Shown here in pieces: positions 47,572 to 61,370 of a stretch of DNA of 61,582 nt (positions are counted from its first letter, which is position 1; every line of letters begins with the position of its first letter). A program made the translations under genes and the position numbers. Where the stretch lies: the NCBI GenBank assembly GCA_001938485.1, contig MQRK01238663.1, positions 8,001-69,582 of the forward strand, in the 5' to 3' direction. Below the pieces are notes generated by a model, which saw only the letters and a program-made list of their open reading frames with translations, did not search any database and was not told the origin of the DNA. Origin of the DNA: Girardia tigrina (Eukaryota).

Positions 47572-48382
47572 TTTAAAATTGGAAATTCGTTTGTTAAATT
47601 GAGAGAAAACTAAAATTTTTCGAATTCAACCAGAACTTGAAATATAGACAATTTAAATTAAATTAATATAATTGAGTCGGTGTTTCCGCCTTTTTTTAAT
47701 TCAGATATCACACAACTCGAAATGAAAATTTTCAAAATTTATAATTAATCAGTTGTTTTTCAAAGACCATTCACTTTATTCACAAGTACAACTGAGAGCA
47801 AAAACAAACCGACAATTTTTCTTCTTATTTCTTTAAATTCATTTTATTGTGATTGTTATTCACAAACACAAATATATATAAAAAAACACACACTCAACCA
47901 ATCAAATTTAAAATTTTTACATTGAAACACATACACACAGCATTCAAATTACATAATCATACATTTCTATCACATTCACGCAAACATACACAGGGGCAGA
48001 AAGATTAACATGCAAAGATGAGGCTCACCATTTGTTTTACTACTCCAACGAAATGACACACATACATTGATCAATTAAATCTCTGGTGATTATTATTTCA
48101 TTTAATACTCTCGAAAATCGATCCTACATAAATCCAACGAAGTATTAATTATAGAATGTAACAGTGACAAACTCAAATTATGTTCTTTATTCAAAACCAA
48201 ATCAAATTTTAATTTATTTACTTAGTTACACATTTCTTTTATTTAATTTTCTTTTATTTAATTTACTTTTTTTAATTTAATTTCAATTAACTTTATTTAA
48301 TTATTTACTTTTAAATTTAATTACAGTATTTAATTATTTTAATTTTATTTTATTTATTTATTTTAAATTTAAAACTGGTAAA

Positions 48383-48871
48383 ATGTTCGGTAAAAAACAA
48401 AATTTTCCGCTCCATTTGGAATTTGATGAAAATAAATTATTAAAATGGAATCAAATTTTTCATAATAGAAACAGAATCTCGGACGATACATTTGTGAGTT
48501 CTCCAAATTGTCGAAAGTCCGTTAACATTAAATCGATGGAAAATAAAATCTTAGACAATACGTTTAATAATTCGATTGATTATCGATTCGGAGGGAGTCA
48601 TAACGACTGCCAAGAATTCCAACTGGCGCCGGACAGTTGGATTGATGAGGATATGGCTGAATACCCATTTTACGGTCAATCAACTATATTTAAACGGAAA
48701 ACGGTCCTCATTAGGACCAACAATTTTGGTTGTCCAATGAAATTGAAAATTGTGGTTCCAATCTCACCGGAGATAGGAATTTTCGAAATGTATCCCAAAC
48801 TGGGTTATCTAACGGCGAGAGCGGACTGCAGCGACCACGTTACATGGATCGTTCTACGATCACCAACAAAG
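48383..48871 (+). CDS. Probable first coding exon of an unidentified protein
   Basis: 163 open codons from ATG, GC above background, ends at AAG|gtacac; no downstream exon identified. Confidence 0.55.
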
Positions 48872-49289
48872 GTACACACTTCAGGTTTTTCATATTCTAC
48901 AATTGATTTGATCTTTTCCAGATCTGTCTTGATTCCATTTTTATTTATGACATGACCTAAAAATCGAAGTTCCCTTTGAAATAATTAAATTTTCTGGCTT
49001 TATAAGTAGTCCAGCTTTTGGAATTCTCGAAAATAATTTTTCTAATCGTTCCATATGTTTCGTTGTATGGATAAAAAATCATTAGATTCGTATATAAACA
49101 AAACTAATTCATTGGTAACATTTTGAGTATAGAACAGCAAATATATATATATATAGGTAAACAATAACCTGATTGTTTAACTCTTTTAATGCTTAATGGC
49201 ATTATTTTTGCGAACTTTCAAAAAATGTAGCAGTCAGTGAAATTTCTCAGCGTTTTTCGTCTTTTGCTTTGGTGGAAGACTGAAAAGAA

Positions 49290-50045
49290 GGACATCATGT
49301 GTCAGCTGCAGGAAACATATTGAAAGGAATAATCATGCAATGGCACTATTTACAACTGGATAAGAGAGTTTTCCTCTGGAAGGAGCAATAAGTTTGAAGA
49401 AGAAGTGGGTGACCTCAAGAAATTCCTGATGAAAAATTCGAAATTTTATCAATTATTGTGAAAGAAAAGAGACAAATCACCCAGAAAGAGCTGTCAAACC
49501 GACTTAATGTGAGCAAAAAGACTGTGTAGAATATGCTTGGGGACCTTGGAGTTAGAAAATTGTGCAATCGATTTGTCTCACATTTTCTGATAGTCGAAAG
49601 GCGAGAAAAATGAATACAAGCATGCCAAGACAACCTGCCTCTGTTTAAATCTCTTGGACGCAATTTTTAAAGAATATTATAACGGAGAATGAGACTCTAT
49701 TTAGTCTATATATTCCCTACAGTAAGAGGGAGTTTCGTGAATGGGTATTTCCAGAGGAAAAGCCACCGAAAATGCTCCGTTCGGGGACATTTCATTGAAA
49801 ATTTTTCATACTCAGTGTGTTTCAGGACGCAATAGGGTTGGTCAAACTTGACCTTACCTCAGGAATCATAGACTCCCATTACTACTGTGCTCTGCTTAAT
49901 GATGTGAAACAATTGCGACGTATACTTAATAACATATAACAATAACGATATATAACAACACATCTGTGCACACAGCTCGCAGAACAATGAACGCAATCGC
50001 CGAAAAAGGGTTTCTGTTGGCTTCTCATCCGCCTTACAACCCTGA
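49290..50045 (+). mobile_element. Degenerate mariner-like transposase, 3' truncated
   Basis: RKLCNRFVSHFL, NIITENET, REWVFPEE, SHPPYNPD. Confidence 0.75.
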
Positions 50046-50340
50046 CAATAGTGTTTATTCTGATAGTTATGTAAAATTTAAATTTAATTTGATGATTGGA
50101 TTTATTAATAATTTAAAAGCTGTGTGCCAGTTAATGTTATTTACAAATTTGAATGTAATGGATGGCAAAATTCGTACATTGGAGAGAGTAAAGTTTGTGA
50201 AGAGAATACAGAATAAGACAAATAAAGAGATTCTGATTTCGAATTTTTATCCATATTAAGAAAGACAATATTGATCAGGTATCATAACCATGTAATAAAT
50301 GTTTAAAATTTAAACAGTTAAGTTGTAGCAATGCTAAATA

Positions 50341-50406
50341 CAGTCAAACTCGGTTATCTCGATTTTTTTTTCCGCTCACACGATTCGAGATAACCGAGTT
50401 TTACAG
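50341..50406. mobile_element. 66-bp Tigger-type mini-MITE
   Basis: CAGTCAAACTCGGTTATCTCGA / TCGAGATAACCGAGTTTTACAG, TA flanks. Confidence 0.75.
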
Positions 50407-51392
50407 TATTTTATTCAGCACTGTTTAGAATCATTATATTTAAAATTTTTGGATATTTATATATTACAGTAAATTTTGATAAGTACTTTACGAAATTACT
50501 TTTTGAAATTAAGTTTTTAAAATAATATTTATTTATAAATCTTTTAGTCTTAATTGTTTTAATGGTTATAGCAATGTTTATTTTAATTAAAAAAGTTATT
50601 TTTTATAAAAATATCATAAGTCATTTTTCGAAATTTATTTTTTCAATTTTATTTAATATTAATGACCTACACAATTATATAATATAAATAAATATATATT
50701 AAATATAAATTTAAAAATAAAAATTGATCGATTTATCGATCACAAAATAAAAACATAGTTAATTATTTAATAACTTTATTTGAACTATCTGGTCATTTAT
50801 TTATATACTTGACAAATCAGAAGAGCTGAGTCTCATTGATCTAAATCACCCAGAATCACCAAGATATATTATTTACCTACGCTTCTGAATCAAAAGGAAA
50901 TAATTAATAAGAACAAAACATTCCCTCAAAAAAAGTCAACTAAGACAATCAGCATCCTTGATTTAATTTGTTCTATTAAATTATATGCAACATTTACTGA
51001 TCAAATTGCAATTGTTTCGTCATTATTAATTTCCTTCAACTAAAGTAACTTTATTAATCGTAACTATTTTCTCGTTCTTCTTTTCTTGTTTCCTTTATGT
51101 ACTAATACCTCTTTGTTATTCCATTCTTTTAGAACCTGTTACTATTTAGCATATTAATACCTTATTAATTAATTTATTGTCTAGTATAAATGAGTCTACA
51201 GACCGCAGTATAATAATTCTTGATCTGGCAACTTATTCCTATAATTTTTAATTCCGTTAATGTATTATAATGAAATTTAATTATTTTTAGTTTTAAAATG
51301 ATTTTTTTGTCTAATTTAATAGAATTATTTCTAACTGTTTTATAGTTTTAAATAGCAATTAAATTTAGTTTTTATACTTTTATTTATTGTCA

Positions 51393-52179
51393 AGGGGCAG
51401 TCCATTTATTACATACGCAAAAAAAGTTAATATTTTAACCCCCCTCCTCCCCCCATTGCACCCTGTACATTTTGAACTACCATAAGCACATACAAATTGA
51501 GTCTCGAACCACCATTTTTATAAAATATTATAAAGCTTCGTTGTTGTACAATACATGTTAGTGTAAGATCTACTATATTAATTATGATTCTAATTTTTAT
51601 AATATGTTTATATTTAGTTGGTTAGCTATTTCTATTTTCAATTATACATAAAAATGATTAACTATAATGTAAAAATTAGGCATATAAAGCTGTAAAAATG
51701 GTAATTTTGCATAATAGTGCATCTTGGACATAAAATTAAAGTGTAAAATTTGGACATCCAAAGTTTTTTTGACAACCACTTAAGATTTCTATACAATGTT
51801 CTAAATTTCTTCCAACAAACACTGTATCATAACAAATGCTGGCTGTGTGCATTATATTCAAAATCCCCTATATGATTAGAGAAAGCGAAAAGGAACAGAA
51901 CAACAACAATATGCGTCAGGGAATCTTACAATTCCAACTCTATATTTTTACACCAACATTTAATTCTTTATTAGATTTTATATTCCACCTTTGTTAATAG
52001 AATAATGGTGTGTTCACAGAGCAGAAAAATAAAAAGATGTTTTTAAGAAAACCATTGCATGTTTACATATTTAATAATTACCCACCCCCATTATCATACG
52101 CACCCATACGCAAAATCTTTTAAATTTAAACACCCCCACTCCCCCTTCAGTGCGTACATAAAACATGGATGGTCCCCAA
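51393..52179. mobile_element. Non-autonomous TIR element, PIF/Harbinger-like ends
   Basis: GGGGCAGTCCATTTATTACATACGCA versus TGCGTACATAAAACATGGATGGTCCCC; subterminal C-tracts. Confidence 0.65.
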
Positions 52180-53386
52180 TGATTATTTTGAAAAATTTTG
52201 TTATTTAATACAGATTAACCGTTTATAGCTTTTGTTTAAAATTTTCGATTCATCAATCGACCAAACATCTGAAAACGTTCTATTTAAATTGAGATATGTT
52301 GTGAATGTTATACATTATGATTGTAGTGTTAAATAAAAATGATATTATAACAATGGATAATTACAGAACTAATTTAATAGTTTTTAAAATGACATTTAGT
52401 AATTGTCCTAACTTACCCAGATAGTAGAGTATTTTAAACAGTACAAATCACAATTTAAATCGGTTACATTGCTGAGTACGAACATATTCGTGATCATTCA
52501 TAGCATTTTTCATTTGGTGGATGATTAATGAATATGAGACAATGTTAGAGATCCGTTTTTAATGAACTTAATAAAAAAATTTTTTAGACAATTGTTTACT
52601 TTTACTTTTTGTGATATGAAAATATTGTTTAATATTTCTGGGAAACCTTGTTTTTCAAGCTTTACAACTCGCTCTGTTCGAATAATTTCTAACCGATAAA
52701 TTTAACCAAGTAAAATATTTCGGTATAATTCGAAATACATCGAATAATTTGAGATAATAATAATAGTAATAATAATGATAATAATAAATGTCGATAATTA
52801 CAAAAGAAAATAAAACAAACTCCAACAAATACGAATTGCAGCACAATCGCCAACATCGAAACATGTAAACATAATAATAATATTATAATATAATCATAAA
52901 CCAACGCGACTGTTATCTGTCTTCTCATTACAAAATGATGAATTGAGCAAATAACAATATAATATAGTATAAATTGTACAGTCAGTATATCTAGTCTCAT
53001 AGGAACTCCCGACACCTTACAAAAATAGTGAATGCAACGGTTTGCAGCATTGAGCAAAGAGTCAATATTGAAAATGGTACAATGGGCTAATTTGAGCAAT
53101 TTCTATTCCTCACACATACACATCTATATCATTAGTATTGGTATCAATATCGGTATTTCTATTTATATGTCACAATAAAAAATTACAAATCAATTCTCAC
53201 AAAATAGGTCGGTTTGTTATGTTTTTTTAATTTTTTTTAATCTTGATTTACATTTCTATTTTGGCGACAAAAATAGTTTAATATAATTATGTTATTTGGA
53301 TGATATTGATGAAGAATGGAAAACGATGATGATTAAAATAGAACAAGTAGATGTTATCTCGGTGTGAAATTGAGCGAATCGCTTAC

Positions 53387-53628
53387 ACGATCCGATGAAT
53401 TATTTTAGAAGACATTTCACAACTTGAGGGTGGAATAAGGCCAAATTGAGATACAGTGATTGGTTTTGCACATTTCCGATTGTGATAATTTTTCCAAATC
53501 GAACTGGAAATATCTGTCATGGTTGAATGTTTCAATGATGAATGATGATGTTTGATTTTTAACAAATCTGGTGAAGAATGAATATGAGCACTAAGATTAC
53601 GTTTACGATCTGAAATTATATTGTTCAT
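53387..53628 (-). CDS. Possible first coding exon of an unidentified minus-strand gene
   Basis: MNNIISDRKRNL...SSKIIHRI ending at a strong |gtaagc donor; Ser/His-rich. Confidence 0.35.
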
Positions 53629-54019
53629 GGATGAGAGTCGCAAAAAACAACACAAGAAAAATTAAAACATTTTAAAAAAACAACAGTGAAAAGAAATATT
53701 TAAAAAATCATTTAATAACATTTTTATGTTAGATTCTAAAACAATTAAGATTTCCAAATAAAATCATTATTAAAATTACATAAAAAATAAAAATTCTATG
53801 GTAATTACTTCAGGATATTGGATCCCATTCAGACGACCCTTTATTGATAGTAAGTAATAGACAAAAAAGATGCATTACTATTTTATGTTTTTTAACTAAA
53901 TATAAGTAATAGAAATAGTTCCCGTTAGTATTTTTTAATATAGAAAGCATACTTTAGAGAAACTGTGTACTACTAATTTTGACTTACACTGAATCGATGA
54001 TACGATTACGTATTAGTTA

Positions 54020-55253
54020 CTAGGGTGATTCAAAAGTTTTTTTTCGTTTTTCCACTCATATCTTCAAGATAACAAAGCATGTAAACAGAACACATTTATT
54101 CCTCGAAATTCAGGCCTTTATTTTCGATGGTCTTCAACCATCTTTCAACCAGTTGCCCGATTCCATAGGTATACCACTCTGTCGTTTTGGAAGCAATGAA
54201 ATCGCGGTACCCTTGTTCACCTCTTCTACTGAATCTAACTGCCACCCTTTGAGAAAATGCGCCATTGCCCGAAAGAAGTGGTAGTCACTAGTAGCAAGGA
54301 CGGGGCTGTGGGCAGAGTGTGGCAAAACTTCGATCCCTTGCGGCTCTTGCACTTTACCACGAGTCAAATGTGAAGTGTATACCAGTGCGTTGTCTTGTTG
54401 TAGAAGAACTCGGTTTCGATTGACCAATACCAGGTAACACTCACAGCGAATAGCGTAGACTCTGTCCAGCTGCTGAGTGCAGAAGTTGGCATTCACACTA
54501 CGCCCCTCGAAATTCCACCATACACAGAGCACAACTTTGCAATCGAAGCGTCCTTGTTTAACCACGGGTTTGGCGGGCATACCAGGGTAGAGCCACTGAC
54601 TCTCCTTGTTGGGATTACTGAAAAATATCCGCTTTTCATCTCCGGTCATGATCCTTCTTTAGAAGCCGTTGTAATGGGGCTGAGCAAGCAATTGTTTGCA
54701 GAGATCAAGTCGTTGTTGTGCTTGAATGGCTGTCAGTTCATGAGGAATTTGTCGACGCCGTCTATTGACAAGGCCAAGCTGATGAAGATGACGTTGAACA
54801 GTTAGTTGTGAAGGTCGAAGCTCGGCTGATAATCTCCTCCACAGCTTGACGTAGAGTGTCATCATCAACAACAAATGATCGCCCAGAGCGAAGTTGGTCT
54901 TCCAAATTGACCTAACCAGTTGAGAAACGCTAGAAGCACAATTGTGACACACGAACACTGACCGTACTCTCGCCTTCTACTTTACATATTTCCCGGGCTG
55001 CAACAGCTGAGTTGAAACCTTTTTGCAGTAATAACGCAAAAGGATTCGAATTCCGTATTTTTCACTCTTCATAATCTGATAAGAATAAACAAACAAATGT
55101 TCAATGAATAAACCAACACTATACAAGGAGATTCGTCATGCAATACCATAATAAATAATATAAAAATCAATAATGCCAAAATAGAATATTCATGTAAAAT
55201 AACTGTCACAATGCAATGCATAAAAAACGAAAAAAACTTTTGAATCACCCTAG
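54020..55253 (-). mobile_element. Full-length mariner, frameshifted
   Basis: TIR CTAGGGTGATTCAAAAGTTTTTTT.CGTTTT, TA TSD; QIPHEL, MTGDEK, LQQDNA, HSPVLATSDY. Confidence 0.93.
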
Positions 55254-55259
55254 TATATA

Positions 55260-57700
55260 CGGTTCTTCAATATTGGTCTGGTATCATTTGGAGATCTGAT
55301 CCCATTGATAACAAAAGAGTCTCAATTCCCTTAAAGATGTGCAGACTTTTAAGAGTAAAGAATACTCGTCAACTGTTTTTTTCTTCAAAATAGTTTAAAC
55401 TAATGTAATACCAAATATTTAATTGCACTCTTGCATGCTCTCAAGACCAAATCACGTAATCATCTAAATGTTTAGGTTGAGTCCATATTCACATCAGTAG
55501 TTTCGTTGAATCTTTAACTATGTCTTGAGCTTCTGGTTCTTTCATTTTATCATCGCAATATGAGTTCCTATCTTGTAAGGTACCTGATCTCAAACTTCGC
55601 CATCACTGCCTGTGGTGCAATCATCGGAACCAACTGTAGTATATTCTTGAATTTTTGTTGCTCTCCTGATATTTCGTCAAGATCTACCACAACGGCAGAT
55701 TTCAATGATGTAATTAATGTGGTCCAGTTCATAGTTCATAGAATTTTCCATTGATTCTCAAATAAACACTCTCACCAACACTGAAAGGATTTTTTCTATG
55801 TTGTCATAATCATCACTCCAGTTACATTTTGAAATGAATTTACATTTCCCCTTACGCTCATCTCGTATCATAAGCAATCGAAATTTTGCATGGAACATCA
55901 ATTCATAAGGCCACACATCTCTATGACCTGTGTTGCTATTATACCAAAACATACATTCACTAATCGTACTTTTAGATCTCGCTGCAATTGTCTTTATGGT
56001 TCGCTGGTTTCTCTCACACATCCAGTTTCCTTGATGTCAATAGGCTTATGTAAAGCCTTGTTCAATTTTCCATTTATCCATTAATTGTCTCATTGTGATA
56101 CTTCTGTAAGCAGCTCCATTATCAGAAAAGAAACATTTAGGTGACCCGAATTCTGAAAATATATTATCTATATGCTAACTCCTTTCCCCATTTGATTCAT
56201 TACACATATTTCTCTAAATGTTGCTAAATTTTTGCTAAGTCAACTATCGTTAAATATGCAACATCGTTTGATATAAGTCAAGTCACTTTACAGTTGATAC
56301 AACACTTTGTCAGTTTATAATTGCCCATGTTGATACTTTTCTCGAGGGGCTGACAGATTTTTGAAAACGCTTCACATTGATTTATAACTTTCTTAATCTG
56401 ATCCATCTTGACAGAGCTGTTCCCATATTTCTCTTTTAATAGTTCATTTGTTATGTCGACCCTAAAGTGACAGATATCATGTATTTCTTTGATAACATTT
56501 ACTGACACTTTTTTCTTTAGCTGTTTCGGAAACATGGTATCTGGCAATTTAGACTTGGATTTTACTAATTTTAGAACCACTTACAGTTTTTCTTGGTCCT
56601 GGTGATGCTAAATTCTCTGACGATGCCAAGCCTTCGTTGCACTAGATATTCAGATAAGATGCAGGTTCTGGGGTTACGTATGTTCTTTCTATCATCATGT
56701 TGAACTATTAAGAATCAGTTTATAGCCAATTTTATAACAAAAATGGCCGCATCACAAACACATAAAAGCATGCTCACTGATATCTTACTCACCTAAATAA
56801 CCACATTATCATTGCAATTCACTACCCATTTGCCTGTTGCAGGATCTTCCTCAATCCTCAACCTCTGATTGGCTTAATTGATCTTTTCTAATATCTCTTT
56901 AGGCCCTGCTTCATCGCAGCATATCTCGTACTTTTTTGTCAGTCTCTGAATATAGGCACAACAACCCGTAACTATCCCGCAACTGGTACATGACGTATTC
57001 ACTCAGATCTTTGGATAAAAACTCTTGGTCTCTTTCCCACTGAAAATCGTTCTTAACATTTCTTCCAAGCACCCTCACGTCTTTATCTAAGCGATTATTT
57101 ATATCAGTTTAGATTCCAAACCAAACCGCTGAAAGATTCGTACTTCCTCATCTACATTACAAGATCTTTCTTCAATGATTATTGTTTCGACTATCTTAGA
57201 TTCATCTATCTTAGATTCGACTATCTTATTGTTTCGTAAATCAGGTGATATTCTGGGTAGAGTGCAGCTACACGTGATGCTACTTGACGAGATCGATCTG
57301 GGACTTTCAGTATAATGAACAGACCGAACCCAAACCTTGTCATCACATACACTTGGTCGACATCTACAGATAATTTTTCAACCAAAATCGCGTAATCAAG
57401 TCCTAGATCGATCTTGTCAAGTAGCATCACGTGTAGCTGCACTCTACCCAGAATATCCCCTGATTGACGTAAACCACGACAAGACTTATGTTCTTTACCG
57501 TGTCTATTTGTGACTTCATGCACCGTCTTCTGATAATAATAGTACTGCTATCAGTGTCGATCATCCTCATCAGTTTCTTCTCTTAGATTAACGCTTGTCG
57601 GATCAAAAACTGCTGACTCATCACTGAAAATAAGTTTATTAATGGAGATTGAGAATTTGCAAAGCGATTCACTGTCGTCTGACTAGCATAGTTATCATTG
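55260..57700 (-). mobile_element. Degenerate Ty3/Gypsy internal region (protease, RNase H and integrase remnants; RT core apparently deleted)
   Basis: DTDSSTII protease-like motif near 57555; integrase zinc finger IH...HF...C; CERNQRTIKTIAAR...WYN...PYELMF. Confidence 0.7.
57231..57474. repeat. Inverted repeat, arms of about 77 bp (57231-57307 / 57398-57474), 90-bp spacer
   Basis: GATATTCTGGGTAGAGTGCAGCTACACGTGATGCTACTTGAC and its exact reverse complement. Confidence 0.9.
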
Positions 57701-58513
57701 GAACATCTTGATCCCTTTCTTTTATTTTTATGAAATCTAATAAAACCATTGAAACAATGATTAAATTGTTGAATAACAATGGATATTATAAGTCATTTAT
57801 TGAGATACTCACTCGAGAAACTTTAGACAAAAGAAAATTTATTCTTAACGATACCACTAGACAACTTGTCGATCAAGAGAGGTTATAAATAATACGAGTT
57901 AAAATGGAATATCGTGGTGGCCAGACTAAAACTTTCAAATGTTCCAGTGACATGAAAATTATTAAAATTTCAAAAAATGCTAATATTGTAGAAACGGTCA
58001 GAAACGATCTTACTGTTTTGTTAAAGATAAACCATTGAGTTTTTTAAGAAATCCAGAAACTTAAAAAAACGTTGGTGTAGTTTGATAAAATGATGGTGAT
58101 TGATTATCATTGATTAAGAAAAGTAGTTTGATTAAAATGATTGTTCCATCCGATCTCCATTTTGCCATAAAGACCGGAGGGTGGTAACTGAGACCCAGTG
58201 GAGCTCTGGAATTTCGTGTTGAGCCCATTTTATTTTATGTAGACTAATCAGATAAATCATCATTTTATTTCTAGCTCAAGAATGTTGATTGAATTTAATA
58301 ACGTCAAAATCAAAACTCCAAATTGGAAAAAAAACCAATTTCATCTTAAAATTTTCGTAATAAATGTAATCGTCACAAAATATTTCAATCGTAAAATCAA
58401 AACTCACAAAGTTCGTAACAAGCACCTCAAGATTAACCTCATTTTAAAAGTTAATTATTTTAATTATTTTATTTTTAAATCTTTTTTTTAATATTTACAT
58501 TAATTATTATATA

Positions 58514-59718
58514 TTAGGCTGTCAAGTATGAAATTTGTACACATGATAACAATAAATTCAAATAGTTATAATTCGACAATGACTTAACATTTTGTTGCTC
58601 AGTGTTTTTGTTTGATTGATACATATCTTGGATATTGCACACATCAATAAAAATTAATTAAAATTACTGATAACTTGTTCTAATAATCAGTATTTTAAAA
58701 AATGGAAAAGGTTAAAATTCGAACTATTATGAAGTGAGAATTCTTACATGGAACTTGAGCATCAGAAACCATGCGAAATATTAATAGTGTACTTGGATAC
58801 AATGCAGCTATGCAGAAGACAGTCTGAAATTGATTCAGGAAATTTGTGAGAAGTATTTTTAACCTAAATAATGAGTATCGGAGTCGCCCAGGAACGCAAG
58901 TAGACCGGAGTCGAATCCATTACTAAGTGCTCATGACATGCAGTTAATATTTGTTATCACAAAGCAAACAATATTGAATCACTTAGCTCAAATTGGTTAA
59001 GTGATAAAGTTGGATAAGTAGATTTCACATGAGTTGAAAAGAAAAGCAGAAACAAAAGCGTTTTGATGCTTGCTTGACGATGCTTTCTCGTTACAAATGT
59101 GATCACTTTTTGAATCTAATCGTCACTTGTGATGAAAAGTGGATCCAATATGATATTCGCAAACTTTCAGTAAGTTGGGTGGACACGAATGAAGCACCAA
59201 AACACAGTCAAAAGCATAACATTCATCAAAAGAAGCTGCCCCAAGTTTAATCCATTATGACTTCATGAAACTTGGTTCGTCGATCACAGCAGATGTCTAC
59301 TGCAACAAATTTGAATATATGATGCGGAAACTCAAAGAGAAAAAGCCGCGTTTGGTAAATAGGTCTATTACCACCTTGCTTTATGACAATACAAAACCAC
59401 GTACTGCACTTAGGACTGCGACAAAACTACAGGAACTTCAGTTAGAAATTCTGCATCATCCTCCATACTCACCAGACCTAGGCCAAACTGACTACAATTT
59501 CTTCCTCAATTTGAACAACTTTTTGATAGAAAAAAAATTCAATTCCGAAAAATAGCTTTCCAGGAATTTATAGATTGGCCTCAAAAGCTGCCGCTCAAAT
59601 GGTAAAAGTATGTCGATAATATGAAAGTATACTTTGATGAATGAAATAAATATTTGTATTGGTAAATTATCAGTAAACTTTGACTTCAGTTGTACAAATT
59701 TCGTACTTGACGACCTAA
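58514..59718 (+). mobile_element. Mariner, heavily degenerate
   Basis: TIR TTAGG...TCAAGTA.GAAATTTGTACA, TA TSD; [26 protein letters not shown]. Confidence 0.9.
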
Positions 59719-59727
59719 TAATTATTT

Positions 59728-59730
<3 letters not shown>

Positions 59731-59772
<42 letters not shown>
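59731..59772. repeat. (TA)n microsatellite
   Basis: Directly visible. Confidence 0.95.
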
Positions 59773-59776
<4 letters not shown>

Positions 59777-60880
59777 ATAGTTCGTAAAGAAGGAACACCC
59801 AGCAATAATTGTCATAAATGCTTAATAATCCATGAAATAATTTTATTAAAAAAATTTAACGAACACCTATGTGAGCAAGCACTTTATGTACTTGTGTTGG
59901 CATTTTTAGGTGTGACAACATGGTCCCAAGCCTTTGTGATGGATTGAAGGAGGGTGTTTAAATTAGTCACATTGCCATGCTTACGAATGTAATCCCTTAT
60001 CACATATTTTCAATGGGATTCAAATCAGGGCTTAAAGCAGGCCATGGAACCGAGTTGATTTCTGCTACTTGGAGAAACTGACGGGTATGTGCAGCGGAAT
60101 ATGGTGATGTGTTGCCTTGTTGAAATACATGACGCCAGTAGATGGAGAGTGAAAGATCTTCAAGGAAAAGTACAAGATATGTCTCTAACATAGATGTGTA
60201 GTGTGTGACATTCATGTTGCCATCAATGAAGCACAATGCTTTGTCACCATTACTCGCGATACGATCCCTGATCATTAGTTTTCGACGACTGTTTGTTGAA
60301 ATGACACGCACAAGGTCTTCAGGTAAGAACTACATGGGCCAAAATTTTTATTTGACCATCGACGAATAAAAGCACGTCTTTGTGCACTACAGTCCGCGAC
60401 CTCAAGAGAGCTTTCATCCGAAAATAACCACGCACTAAAGTCTGTGTGGTAATGAGAGCGGCACCAATTCCGTCTGGCTATTTTATGCCGTTGGGTAACA
60501 TAGTCTCTTACTGATAGCCTTGAGGAAATTCCAGTCTCCTTTCCACGGCAAATTTTAGTCCACCGGCTCAATTCAAAATCACGGGTCAAACTGGTTGTAC
60601 TGCGAATCGTTCTCGCTTCATGGATAGACGAATGTGGCGGAAAGTTTTACTTGTTGTGACTCGTTTACGTCCAAATTCCTTCTTCTGCTGCTGCATAGAA
60701 TGAGGCACTCAACGATAAATGTCACTGTGAGCCGCATGGACAGAGATAGAAGTGTCTTGCAATTTTCCGTAGAGATAGACCCTCATCATGCTTCCTATCA
60801 ATGACACGCACAAGGTCATCAGATAAGCGCTTCCCAAGAATTGTGTTCTGCTTCAGGAAAAAATGACTTGCTGTGAAATC
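59777..60880 (-). mobile_element. Degenerate Tc1-like transposase
   Basis: WLFSDES, VFQQGN, WPALSPDLNPIENM; N-terminal HTH (GLSLRKIA); second TIR not recognised. Confidence 0.82.
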
Positions 60881-61176
60881 AAACATGTGACTCCTTTACA
60901 TTTCACACAATGATGGCAGAAAGAGCCAAGTATGTACACACATATACCATGACACTGGCACTGACGGTAGAGAGGGCAAAGTACACAATGTAAATCTACC
61001 TGCACTGAGCTAAAAGTATGCACTTTGGCCTGACTTAAACTCTCCTTATCATAATGATTATATATAATAACAAAATTATAGATAGGCTGAATTTAAATTC
61101 CGAATAATGATTATTTCAAACCGAACACGAACTTTTTCAATCATCTAATATGTACTTATATTTATCACTAAAAATA

Positions 61177-61370
61177 TTAGGTTGTTGCAAAAGCAATGCA
61201 GGTTTTCGAACCTAAACTTTAAACTAATGTAACTCAGCACAGAATAGATTTTATTAATCGAAATAAAAACCATCAGAATCAATACATTTTTGCAAACGAG
61301 AAACAATTTTATTCATGCCCCTAGTGTAGAACTCCTTAGTTCTGAAAGCAATGAAAGCGTTAAAGGCGTT
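61177..61370 (-). mobile_element. 3' end of a cecropia/Hsmar1-like mariner related to the copy at 37299
   Basis: TTAGGTTGTTGCAAAAGCAATGC.GGTTT TIR; QKCIDSDGFYFD* on the minus strand. Confidence 0.75.

Noticed and set aside
52689-53099. 136-aa hydrophobic minus-strand ORF
   Set aside because: Non-ATG start; hydrophobicity comes from T-rich and (TTA)n low-complexity sequence
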